From assembly GCA_016931185.1 (NCBI GenBank), contig JAFGFI010000028.1, forward strand, positions 32,987-96,986: DNA of 64,000 bases. The letters are read 5' to 3'. Below, piece after piece: positions 49,117 through 58,331 of this stretch. The notes beneath the pieces were generated by a model, which was given only the letters and a program-made list of their open reading frames with translations, had not been told where the DNA came from and did no database searches. Position numbers and translations under genes: made by a program. Numbering within the stretch: the first letter of the stretch is position 1; the number at the start of each line of letters is the position of its first letter. The DNA comes from Anaerolineae bacterium. Its GTDB lineage: Bacteria > Chloroflexota > Anaerolineae > B4-G1 > SLSP01.

Positions 49117-50376
49117 TTGTACAAAATCCTTATTTTTATCTTTTGCCTTTCAGCATTCCTCGTGGCGTGGACGTATCTGGGCTATCCGGTATTTATTACA
49201 TTATTGGCAAAACTAAGGCCTCGTCCCCACCGGCGGGAGCCTATTTTGCCCACAATAACTTTTATCGTTCCCGCGTATAACGAGGAGGAAGTCATTGCAG
49301 CGAAGTTGGAGAATTTGTTTACGCTCGATTACCCGGCGGAATTGTGCCAAATCATTGTTATATCTGACGGTTCTACCGATCGTACTCCAGAAATAGTGGC
49401 GGATCATTTCCAAATGGCGCCGTATACGGCACGTAGTACATCATTCAGAAATAGGGCATTATCGCTCTTTCAACCGGAGCGGCGAGGGAAAATTGCCGCG
49501 CTGAACCGGGCTGTACCCTATGCGGAGGGCGAGATTTTGATTTTTTCGGATGCCAACGCTATGATGGAGCCGCAGAGTATTGGCGCGCTCGTCGCCAATT
49601 TTGCCGATCCCCAGGTCGCCTGTGTAGGTGGCGAGAAACATATCCGGGTCCGGCCTCTTGCGCCGGGATCGGCTTCGTCTACACTAGAGGCAGGCTTCGA
49701 CCGTGCTACCCCGAATGATGCAGTACAGGCTGAGGGGGAGTCAGCGTATTGGCGTTATGAAGCATTTGTGAAACGCGCTGATTCGCTGGTCAGTACTGCA
49801 ATTGGAGCCGTTGGGGAATTTTTTGCGATCCGGCGGGAGCTATACCAACCTCAGAGTGAGGATAACATCATTGAGGATTTTATCATTTCGATGCGCCTGG
49901 TGATGGATGGTTGGCGCGTTGTGTATGAACCCAACGCAGTGACATGGGAGGATGCATCTCCAGATTTGAGTGGTGAATGGACCAGGCGAACACGGAATGC
50001 CACGGGCGGCTTCCAGGCAATAGGTCGTTTGCGTGGCCTATTATCTCCTCGTTATGGATTGGTAGCAGTACAATACATTTCACATAAGGTCTTGCGCTGG
50101 CTGGCTGCCTTTTTCATGATTCTGGCATTTCTCACCAATGTAGCATTACTCTTCATCCGGGGAGTTTCAAACATAGAGATATGGTATGTGATTCTCGGAT
50201 GCCAGATCGCTTTTTATGTGTTAGCTTTGCTGGGGTGGATATTGGATGTCCTGGGGGTGCGTTGGAAACCGGCACGAATTGTGTTCTATTTCTGCTTCAC
50301 TAATGCAACAGCTCTGGGGGGGTTTGGGAAGTACATCACCGGTTCGCGCTCGGTGTTATGGAAGAAAGTACGATAG
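49117..50376 (+). CDS. GT2 membrane glycosyltransferase (PgaC/IcaA-like)
   Basis: YLGYP, VPAYNEE, SDGSTD, GKIAALN, FSDAN, IEDF, RRTR, YISHKVLRWL. Confidence 0.85.
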   Translation: MYKILIFIFCLSAFLVAWTYLGYPVFITLLAKLRPRPHRREPILPTITFIVPAYNEEEVIAAKLENLFTLDYPAELCQIIVISDGSTDRTPEIVADHFQMAPYTARSTSFRNRALSLFQPERRGKIAALNRAVPYAEGEILIFSDANAMMEPQSIGALVANFADPQVACVGGEKHIRVRPLAPGSASSTLEAGFDRATPNDAVQAEGESAYWRYEAFVKRADSLVSTAIGAVGEFFAIRRELYQPQSEDNIIEDFIISMRLVMDGWRVVYEPNAVTWEDASPDLSGEWTRRTRNATGGFQAIGRLRGLLSPRYGLVAVQYISHKVLRWLAAFFMILAFLTNVALLFIRGVSNIEIWYVILGCQIAFYVLALLGWILDVLGVRWKPARIVFYFCFTNATALGGFGKYITGSRSVLWKKVR

Positions 50377-51878
50377 GAAAGCCTCGATTCTTAAATATTG
50401 GAAAAAATCTCGGTTTTTTCTTCAAAACCGGAATTTTAGAAATGGGCATAACGTTAGGGGTATATTGGGCAACAATGTCTTCTTCCTTGACTTGGTCCCA
50501 TTGGGGAACCGATGCTGGTGATTTTATTACGGCAGCAGTTACGGGACGATTGCCTCATCCACCGGGATTTCCGCTTTATATGGGGATAGTATGGCTTTTT
50601 GTGCGGATCCCCTGGCGCGACCCGGCCTGGTGTCTCAATTTCTTTTCTGCAGTGATGGGGGCTGGAACTGTAGGATTGATCGCCGCAATTCTGCGCCAGC
50701 GTGGTGCCCCGTCATGGCGTGCCGCTATTGTTGCTTTGACATTGGCCTTTGCTCCTCTTTTTTGGTCCCAGGCGATCATTACTGAAGTTTATACGTGCGC
50801 GGCGTTTTTTATGGTACTGGCATGGTATATGGCAACTGTAGAAGATGCGAGGGAGCAGAGGAGCAGAGAAGCAGTGGCGCAAGGGCGCAGAGGCGCAAGG
50901 GGGTATGGGTGGTGTTTATTGATGGGGCTGATGTGGGGATTGGCAATCTCAGTTCACGCGACCTTAATCCTGCTTGCCCCCCTGTGGTCGGCTTACTTAT
51001 GGAAGTGGGTGGAATGTCGGGAATCACGAATCACGAATCACGAATCACGAATTGTGAATCACCTCTTGCATTTCACGTTTCATGTTTTACCCCTTTTCCT
51101 CTTCGGTTTCCTCTTGGGTCTGTTGCCCTACGCGTTGCTGCCGTTTTCCGGTTCCTGGCCTCAACCGTGGGGAGATTTACGTTCATGGGCAGGATGGTGG
51201 GAATGGGTAACAGCGCGATTGTATTGGGGCTATGCCTTTGCCTTGCCGTTAGTGCATTGGCCGCGCCGCGCACTGGCATGGGGCATATTGCTCACGCAAC
51301 AATTCACACCCGTAGGGGCTGCGTTGATATTAGTGGGGATTAGCGTGTTATGGCGGTATGAGCGTGCGTTATTGTTAGGGATATTGGTCTCATTGGGATT
51401 AGGGAGCTTGTATGCAATAGGGTATAATACACCTGATTCGCTGGTATACCTGGTTCCTTTACTACCTTTGTGCGTTTTACTCTTAGATGCCGGTCTGGCG
51501 TGGTTTGCGGTAAAAGGGGTACCACTATGGTTAAGTGGACTATTGCCCTTAATTCTGTTAATTGGAAATTGGGGTGCAGTTAGCCTGCATCAAGATCGTG
51601 TCGCCATCGATTGGTTACGACAAACTTGGCCGCAAGTGCCATCTCGCGCGGTACTGGTCACTGAGCAAGAACGGTACACATTTACATTGTGGTATGGACA
51701 GGAAGCTCTGAGTGAACGTGAAGATGTTCTGTTGGTAGATCGTAACCTTTGGGGACAGCCGGCATATCGTGCCTTTTTGATGAAATATACCGGGATGCAG
51801 GTGAATGAAATTGAGGAATTTGCTGTGGGGCGACCTTTATGTTACATTGAGAGAGAGGGGGAAGTGCTTTGTCCGTGA
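50358..51878 (+). CDS. DUF2723 / TMEM260-like GT-C protein O-mannosyltransferase family
   Basis: TDAGDFITAA, PHPPGFPLY, FWSQAIITEVY, GLAISVH. Start uncertain. Confidence 0.8.
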   Translation: MEESTIGKPRFLNIGKNLGFFFKTGILEMGITLGVYWATMSSSLTWSHWGTDAGDFITAAVTGRLPHPPGFPLYMGIVWLFVRIPWRDPAWCLNFFSAVMGAGTVGLIAAILRQRGAPSWRAAIVALTLAFAPLFWSQAIITEVYTCAAFFMVLAWYMATVEDAREQRSREAVAQGRRGARGYGWCLLMGLMWGLAISVHATLILLAPLWSAYLWKWVECRESRITNHESRIVNHLLHFTFHVLPLFLFGFLLGLLPYALLPFSGSWPQPWGDLRSWAGWWEWVTARLYWGYAFALPLVHWPRRALAWGILLTQQFTPVGAALILVGISVLWRYERALLLGILVSLGLGSLYAIGYNTPDSLVYLVPLLPLCVLLLDAGLAWFAVKGVPLWLSGLLPLILLIGNWGAVSLHQDRVAIDWLRQTWPQVPSRAVLVTEQERYTFTLWYGQEALSEREDVLLVDRNLWGQPAYRAFLMKYTGMQVNEIEEFAVGRPLCYIEREGEVLCP

Positions 51879-53806
51879 AGCGGCAATATATAAAATGGGC
51901 AGCGTTAGGGGTACTTTTGCTTGGTATTGTGCTGCTTGGTGTGTGGGGTGTCGGTGTTTACCGGACGTTGCGTTCATTACAAACTCAGATGGAGGTGGCA
52001 CAGGAATTACTGTCAGGTGACCCCCTAAAAGCCGATCCGGCAAGTCTAAGCACGTTATTGCATACAGTGCGGCGTGATGTCCTCCGATTGAAGCGCGATG
52101 TTGGGTGGTTGGCTCCACTGGGTCGCGCGTTTCATTGGTTGCCTAAAGTAGGCCCACTGATTGGAGATGCGCCCGCGCTGCTGTCGCTGGCGGATAATCT
52201 GACAGAGGCAGGCGTCATATTTTGGGAAGCGGCGTCTCCCTCACTTGCTGTTTTTCAACAGGGGGGCGAGATAATGACGATGGTGGCCGATGCACTTCCT
52301 CAGGTGGTCGAGGTTGCGCCGCAGGCTCAGTCGTCAGTTTCACGCGCGCGTGTTGCTTTTGCTGCGTTGGATATTGCGGCTTATCCCTATCAACTACGTA
52401 ACCCGTTGATGAAATTAGAGATGGTTTTCCCTTTGTTGGAGGATGTTTTGCCATTGGTTCCTGTTGCTCCTTCCCTATTGGGCTTGGATGTACCGCGCAC
52501 TTATCTTGTGCTGGCACTCAATGAAGATGAACTACGCCCCGGTGGAGGATTTATTACTGGTGTTGGGGAAGTACATATCTCTGCGGGAAAGTTAGTTTCA
52601 ATGACGTTTACCGACAGTTATCGAGCTGATGATTTTTCGCAGCCCTATCCCTGGGCGCCTGAACCTTTGCAGCAGCTTATGGCAATCCAGCCCTGGGTGT
52701 TTCGTGATAGCAACTGGTCGCCTGACTTTCCTACTGCTGTACGGCAAGCACTAGCGTTGTATCGTCCTGGACATTCTGTAACGGTAGATGGTGTGATCGC
52801 GCTGGACCAATACGCAGTTCAACAACTGGTAGCGGCAGTCGGCCCTATTTCGTTGCCCGGTAGTGATGAACCGGTGACGGCAGAAACGTTGATGACCTAT
52901 ATCTATCATGCTTGGGAACCGGAAGATGGCAATTTCAAGGGGGAATGGTGGCTACAACACAAATCGTTTATGCAACCCCTGGCGCAGGCTGTGATCAAGC
53001 GCGTGCAGACAGGCAATGTAGATTGGGAAATATTACTAAGAACCTGTTTGCAGTTGGTAGAAGGCAGACACTTGATGGTATATTTGACTGAATCTGAGGC
53101 AGCAGACGTATTGGCAGAACGCGGCTGGGATGGCAGTCTACGTACACCCGATGCCGATTTTTTGATGTTAGTGGAAGCCAATGTAGGATATAACAAGGCC
53201 AGCACCAAAATACAGCGGGCACTTGCTTATCAGGTGGATTTGACCCAATCTATGCCGCAGGCTACTGTAACCCTGGCCTATACCCATACTAGCGAGGTAG
53301 ATATTGCGTGTATTATGGCCCCCCGGTATGATGCTGCATATCAACAGATGATGGACCGGTGTTATTGGAACTACTTGCGTCTGTATGTACCACAGGGTGC
53401 AGCACTGACATCTTTCAGTCGCCATCCCATTCCGGCGGAGTTTATGGGGAGTGGGCAGGCGTGGGATGGTGAAGCCCGTGTTACTCCCGCACCAGAGGGC
53501 GCTTATACGGTCTTCTCACAGGCGATGTTGCTGCCCACCCGCTCGCAGATGCAACTCTCGTTTGCATACACGTTACCCGCGCGCGTTGTACAACAAACAG
53601 AGGAAGGTGCGAGTCGTTATCACTTATGGATGCAAAAACAAGCTGGCCTTCGAAGTATTCCTGTCCGTATAGTCTTGCATCTCCCCCAAACTGCGGTATT
53701 ATTGTCGGTGCAGCCTTCACCAACATCACAAACCGGGGGGCTGCTTTTCTTTGAAAGGGATTTGAGTACAGATCTCGATCTTGAAGTAGTTTATCGATTG
53801 CCTTAG
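51869..53806 (+). CDS. DUF4012 domain protein
   Basis: N-terminal TM plus helical region; RTYLVLALNEDELRPGGGFI, DSNWSPDFP, DGVIALD, EANVGYNK, YLRLYVPQG, KQAG. Confidence 0.8.
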   Translation: MSVKRQYIKWAALGVLLLGIVLLGVWGVGVYRTLRSLQTQMEVAQELLSGDPLKADPASLSTLLHTVRRDVLRLKRDVGWLAPLGRAFHWLPKVGPLIGDAPALLSLADNLTEAGVIFWEAASPSLAVFQQGGEIMTMVADALPQVVEVAPQAQSSVSRARVAFAALDIAAYPYQLRNPLMKLEMVFPLLEDVLPLVPVAPSLLGLDVPRTYLVLALNEDELRPGGGFITGVGEVHISAGKLVSMTFTDSYRADDFSQPYPWAPEPLQQLMAIQPWVFRDSNWSPDFPTAVRQALALYRPGHSVTVDGVIALDQYAVQQLVAAVGPISLPGSDEPVTAETLMTYIYHAWEPEDGNFKGEWWLQHKSFMQPLAQAVIKRVQTGNVDWEILLRTCLQLVEGRHLMVYLTESEAADVLAERGWDGSLRTPDADFLMLVEANVGYNKASTKIQRALAYQVDLTQSMPQATVTLAYTHTSEVDIACIMAPRYDAAYQQMMDRCYWNYLRLYVPQGAALTSFSRHPIPAEFMGSGQAWDGEARVTPAPEGAYTVFSQAMLLPTRSQMQLSFAYTLPARVVQQTEEGASRYHLWMQKQAGLRSIPVRIVLHLPQTAVLLSVQPSPTSQTGGLLFFERDLSTDLDLEVVYRLP

Positions 53807-53820
53807 TAAGGAGGCTATTA

Positions 53821-54594
53821 ATGAAACGCAATATACGGGTAATGTTTATGGGTGTTTTAAGTGTGATGTTACTTTTGTTATCCACACTGCCAGTAGTTTG
53901 GGCTATGCCGGGACAAACTCTGGATAATATGACAGTGCCAACGTTTACATATACGCCAGGGCCAACGGATGAACCGGATGATCCTGACCCAACAGATGAC
54001 CCGGATGATCCTGACCCCACATCGGTTCCGCAAACGAATATTCCCGTGTCTACTTGGACACCGTGGCCTTCGGGTACAACAAACCCTTCGGCTACACCGC
54101 AGCCTACGGCTCTATCCACATCGGCTACACCAACGCCAACAAGTGTGCCGCTAGGAACGGTGCTGGCTACCGGAACTCCTATGGCTACCGGGACAGTGCT
54201 TGTCCCTGGAACAGGAGAAGCCACCGGAACTCCTATGGTCACCGGAACGAGCGTGGTCGTGGATGCACCGGCAGCAGGAACACCAGGCGTAGAAGTCTCG
54301 GCTCCGGGTGTAGAGATGGCAGCTTCTTCAACATCTAATAATACGGCGGCCATGCCAACGTCTGTTCCTGGTGTAATGGTGGCTGCCGATATTTCTTCAG
54401 AAGCTACAGAGCATAACGTACAAAGCAAAGAACCTACAAGTAATTCACAAGCCCCTGCCGTTATAACAGGCCCTGACGCTGAGACGCAGGCAATCCCGAT
54501 GGCTATACCGAACATTCCTCCATTGTTTATCGGTGGAAGCATCTTGGTCTTGATCGGCGCTGTGATGTTGGTGATATGGACGCGGCGGCGTTAA
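53821..54594 (+). CDS. Secreted Thr/Pro-rich mucin-like protein with a C-terminal TM anchor
   Basis: AAGGAGG SD, signal peptide ending VWA, 27-bp tandem repeat (PTDEPDDPD x2, 53962-54015), terminal TM plus RRR. Confidence 0.8.
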   Translation: MKRNIRVMFMGVLSVMLLLLSTLPVVWAMPGQTLDNMTVPTFTYTPGPTDEPDDPDPTDDPDDPDPTSVPQTNIPVSTWTPWPSGTTNPSATPQPTALSTSATPTPTSVPLGTVLATGTPMATGTVLVPGTGEATGTPMVTGTSVVVDAPAAGTPGVEVSAPGVEMAASSTSNNTAAMPTSVPGVMVAADISSEATEHNVQSKEPTSNSQAPAVITGPDAETQAIPMAIPNIPPLFIGGSILVLIGAVMLVIWTRRR

Positions 54595-54695
54595 TGGTGT
54601 GGTAATTGCAGGGAACTGCATAGTTGACTGGCTCTTCGGGGTCATTGGCTTATGGTAAAAAATAGAATCAAAGTTAATTGTGTCTAAGGGGGTGT

Positions 54696-56867
54696 ATGGG
54701 GATTGCCGGAACTTCTGATATCTTTTCTGAATACGATTACACTTTGATCACCCAACGCCTGGAGCGGGTGATTGGTCCATATAATCACCCTATATCTTGT
54801 CCTGCTGAGGGAAAAATAGAGCTGGATTCAGCTCTATTTTATCTTTGGAGACTTGCTCAAGTATATCCACTTGAACAAGCCGCCGCTATTTGGAGTGAAA
54901 TTGTTAAATACCCTCAATGGATGGGAAGGGTTGCCCTGGAAATTTTGGGCCAGGCTGGTATATTGTCTTTCTTTGTTCCCCCCCGTGCAGTGTCTGGTGA
55001 TGAGTTTCCGTTCTCGGAATTCCCTCTTGTTTCAATTGTTATTGTGAATCGAAATGGGCGTGAGCATCTGACTACTTGTTTACCCTCAATAGCAGCACAA
55101 CACTACCCTAACTTGGAAATTATAGTGGTGGACAATGGATCTGAAGATGATTCGGTTCGTTGGTTAACGGAAACTTGGCCTCAAGTGAAGATACTTGCAT
55201 TAGAGGAAGATGTTGGTTTTGCCGGAGCAAATAATCGTGGTATAGCTCAAGCTAGTGGCGAGTACTTTTTCTTATTGAATAATGATACTCGTCTTGATCC
55301 ACACACTGTTGAATTTTTGATGGCGCGCTTATCGGGAGAAGATCGAGTCGGCGCTGTGGTCCCTATGATTCGTTTGATGTCTCAGCCTGCGTTTGTGAAT
55401 GCTCTAGGAAATGCTTTCCGTGACCACGGTTGGGGGGGCGATAATTATATTGGATATTTGGATGTTGGTCAGTTGGTTACAATTCGTCAAGTGCCTGCTG
55501 CTTGTTTTGCTGCGGTGTTGATTCCCCGGACAACCTACGAAGTAGTTGGTATTATGGATGAGGGCTATGGTTATTATTATGAGGATGCAGATTGGTCCTG
55601 GCGGGCGCGTTTACATGGCTTTCATATCCTGGCTGAGCCAAGAGCGTTAGTTTATCATGCTTTTGGGGGAACCAGCGCTACGCGCCCCTGGTCTTATAAA
55701 CTAAAATTGGTAGCGCGTAATCGGTTACGTTTTATTCTAAAGAATCTGAGTAAACGCCAGGCTCGTCGCTTTATTGTAAATTATTTGCGCGAAGATATAG
55801 GTGCGTGGCGTCATGCACGTAAGATAAAGGACATAGATGTAGCTCGAGCCTATACGACAGCCTGGCGTGAAGTAGTACAGATGTTGCCCAATATTTATAA
55901 ACAGCGCCATCAGATACAAAACAGGCGTTTGATTGCTGATGAAAAAATTCTGTATGAGATGGAACAAATTCCCCCACCACGCACCAAAAGAGGGGTTCCG
56001 TTTCTTAGTCTGTCGCATATTGTCGAGGATTATGGCCCTTATGTGTCTGAGACTGGAAGAATGATCCTGTTTAATCAAGCTGAGATCTCCTCTCGTCGCC
56101 ACATATTGATAATTGCTCCACCTGCAATAGAAACTCATGCAGTTGGGAACGATCTGCGCTATCAGGAATTGGCGGAAATTTTATCCCAGTATGTAGATGT
56201 GACTTTGGCTGTACCTAACAAAACTGTGGTGCAGAATGAAAAAATTAATCTGAAAATTTATGATCCTAAGAAACCGGAGATTCTCCACGCATTACAAAAA
56301 AATGTTGACATTATTTTGCTTTCTCCTGATGTGTTAGTTTGTTCTGACTTCTTTGAGAAAATCAGAATCCCTATAATTGTCGATTTTCGTACCCCTTTCG
56401 TGTTGCAAAATTTGGGAACCTTTCACATAGAATCTGAATCTCAACACAATGAAATTCCCGACGCCTTTTTAAAAACTTTGATTGTACAACTCAAGTGTGG
56501 AGATTTTTTTATTTGCACCAGCGAGCGTCAACGTGACTTGTGTTTGGGGGCATTATTAGGGCTTAATCGGATTACTTCGATCACTTGTAATCGAGATCAA
56601 ACACTGCGTCACTTAGTAGATGTTGTCCCTGCACAATTTTGCTCTGAGGAAGCGGTTAACCCTTTGGTGAATTTTTGTCTTAATCCGCGTTTGGCTACCG
56701 ACCATGCGGCTACTATGATGTTGCGCGACCTTACCAGGATTCATAATCCCCCGCCAACACCTATTCACCAGTTGCCGGGAAAAGCTATAAAAATGTTATT
56801 AGAGAAAGGTCCGGGAGGCCTGTTATCTGAGATCTCACACTATGTGCTATGGCGATTAGAACATTAA
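54696..56867 (+). CDS. GT2 glycosyltransferase fused to a truncated GT4-like domain
   Basis: VSIVIVN, VVDNGSED, GFAGANN, LLNND, YYEDADWSWR; the C-terminal half resembles the N-domain of the gene starting at 63859. Confidence 0.8.
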   Translation: MGIAGTSDIFSEYDYTLITQRLERVIGPYNHPISCPAEGKIELDSALFYLWRLAQVYPLEQAAAIWSEIVKYPQWMGRVALEILGQAGILSFFVPPRAVSGDEFPFSEFPLVSIVIVNRNGREHLTTCLPSIAAQHYPNLEIIVVDNGSEDDSVRWLTETWPQVKILALEEDVGFAGANNRGIAQASGEYFFLLNNDTRLDPHTVEFLMARLSGEDRVGAVVPMIRLMSQPAFVNALGNAFRDHGWGGDNYIGYLDVGQLVTIRQVPAACFAAVLIPRTTYEVVGIMDEGYGYYYEDADWSWRARLHGFHILAEPRALVYHAFGGTSATRPWSYKLKLVARNRLRFILKNLSKRQARRFIVNYLREDIGAWRHARKIKDIDVARAYTTAWREVVQMLPNIYKQRHQIQNRRLIADEKILYEMEQIPPPRTKRGVPFLSLSHIVEDYGPYVSETGRMILFNQAEISSRRHILIIAPPAIETHAVGNDLRYQELAEILSQYVDVTLAVPNKTVVQNEKINLKIYDPKKPEILHALQKNVDIILLSPDVLVCSDFFEKIRIPIIVDFRTPFVLQNLGTFHIESESQHNEIPDAFLKTLIVQLKCGDFFICTSERQRDLCLGALLGLNRITSITCNRDQTLRHLVDVVPAQFCSEEAVNPLVNFCLNPRLATDHAATMMLRDLTRIHNPPPTPIHQLPGKAIKMLLEKGPGGLLSEISHYVLWRLEH

Positions 56868-57030
56868 TGTCAATTGGTGACCCATGTTGATTAAAGGCAT
56901 AAAAGCAATTATTTATCTTGGGACGGATCAAGTTGCCTTTACACTTTATGCCCTATCGAGCGTAAAAGTGTAAGGGGAAAAGCAAGGGTTCTGAACCTTG
57001 CCTTTATCTTTCATTTTGAGTGTGAGGCCT

Positions 57031-58266
57031 GTGGATATTTTACATGTAGTGCATGGTTATTATCCTGCGCTTGGTGGCAGCGAGCGCATGATACAATGTA
57101 TATCAGAGAACTTAGTTTCCCGCTATGGGGATGCTGTTACAGTTTATACGATGAATGCTTACAATGCAGAGGGTTTTGTTGACCCTCGGCAGCCGCTACT
57201 TCCTGTAGATAACTTTGTACTGAATGATGTAGAGGTGCAGCGTTTCGCGGTGTTCAATCGTTTAGGCCCATTATTATTTCGTTTGCAGGGGTGGGCCTAC
57301 AATCTGCGCTTACCTTTTAATCAGTACTTGCGCACCTGGTATGTTGGCCCCATTGCGCCAGGGTTGAAGCAGAAAATATCAGCGTATCATAGCGATGTCG
57401 TGTGTGCGGCCGCCTTTCCTTTGTTACATATGTATACTACATTAGCGGCTTGTAAGCAATCTGGAAAACCTTGTGTGCTTGTCGGTGCGCTGCATCCCTT
57501 AGACCCTTGGGGTTTTCAGCGTCCTATGATATATGAGGCGATTCGACAGGCGGATGCATATATTGCGCTTTCGCAATATGAGAAGCAGTATTTGGTTGAT
57601 GAGTGGGAAATTCCAGCTTCAAAAATTGCCGTTATTGGTGTGGGAATTGATGCCGAGCTATTTGATGGTGTTGATGGCGCAAATATTCGACAGCGTTATC
57701 ATATTGATGATCGTCCGTTAATTGCTTTCATAGGTCAACAGGGCGGTCATAAGGGTATTGATACGCTGTTGTTAGCGATGAAGGTAGTGTGGAATGAATT
57801 GCCAGAGGCACGCCTTCTTATCTCCGGCGCGCCGACACATTATACTTCCCATTTGAATAAACTTGTTGAAAGATATTTTTCTCCCATTGAACGGGCGCGT
57901 ATTATTCATTTGGGGAGTTTTTCGGAATCGGAAAAACCCTATCTATTTGCTGCGTGTGATGTTTTTGCGTACCCTTCGCGTTTTGAGTCGTTTGGTATTG
58001 CCTTTATCGAAGCCTGGGCCAGCGGCAAGCCGGTTGTAGGGTGCGATTCTGGCGCGATTCCCACAGTGGTAAGTGATGGTGTAGATGGTTTGTTAGTAAC
58101 TCCTGGCGATTCGATAGCATTGGGTATGGCATTACTAAAGCTGTTGGTTTCGCCTGAGTTGCGACGGCAAATGGGAGAAGCGGGGCGTCAAAAAGTGTTG
58201 CAGAATTATACCTGGGAAGTCGTTACGCGCCGTTGGCGTGACGTCTATCAAAAGGTATTGAGTTGA
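57031..58266 (+). CDS. GT4 glycosyltransferase
   Basis: YYPALGGSE, HKGID, PSRFESFGIAFIEAWASGKPVV. Confidence 0.9.
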   Translation: MDILHVVHGYYPALGGSERMIQCISENLVSRYGDAVTVYTMNAYNAEGFVDPRQPLLPVDNFVLNDVEVQRFAVFNRLGPLLFRLQGWAYNLRLPFNQYLRTWYVGPIAPGLKQKISAYHSDVVCAAAFPLLHMYTTLAACKQSGKPCVLVGALHPLDPWGFQRPMIYEAIRQADAYIALSQYEKQYLVDEWEIPASKIAVIGVGIDAELFDGVDGANIRQRYHIDDRPLIAFIGQQGGHKGIDTLLLAMKVVWNELPEARLLISGAPTHYTSHLNKLVERYFSPIERARIIHLGSFSESEKPYLFAACDVFAYPSRFESFGIAFIEAWASGKPVVGCDSGAIPTVVSDGVDGLLVTPGDSIALGMALLKLLVSPELRRQMGEAGRQKVLQNYTWEVVTRRWRDVYQKVLS

Positions 58267-58331
58267 GTAGATTTTGGTAATTGTTGTGTCGACATGTCTT
58301 GATCTAACTTATATTAAAAATAGGCGGATTT

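Noticed and set aside
53481-54542. 353-aa ORF on the - strand
   Set aside because: Antisense shadow of the low-complexity Thr/Pro-rich gene, which has a strong SD, signal peptide and anchor.
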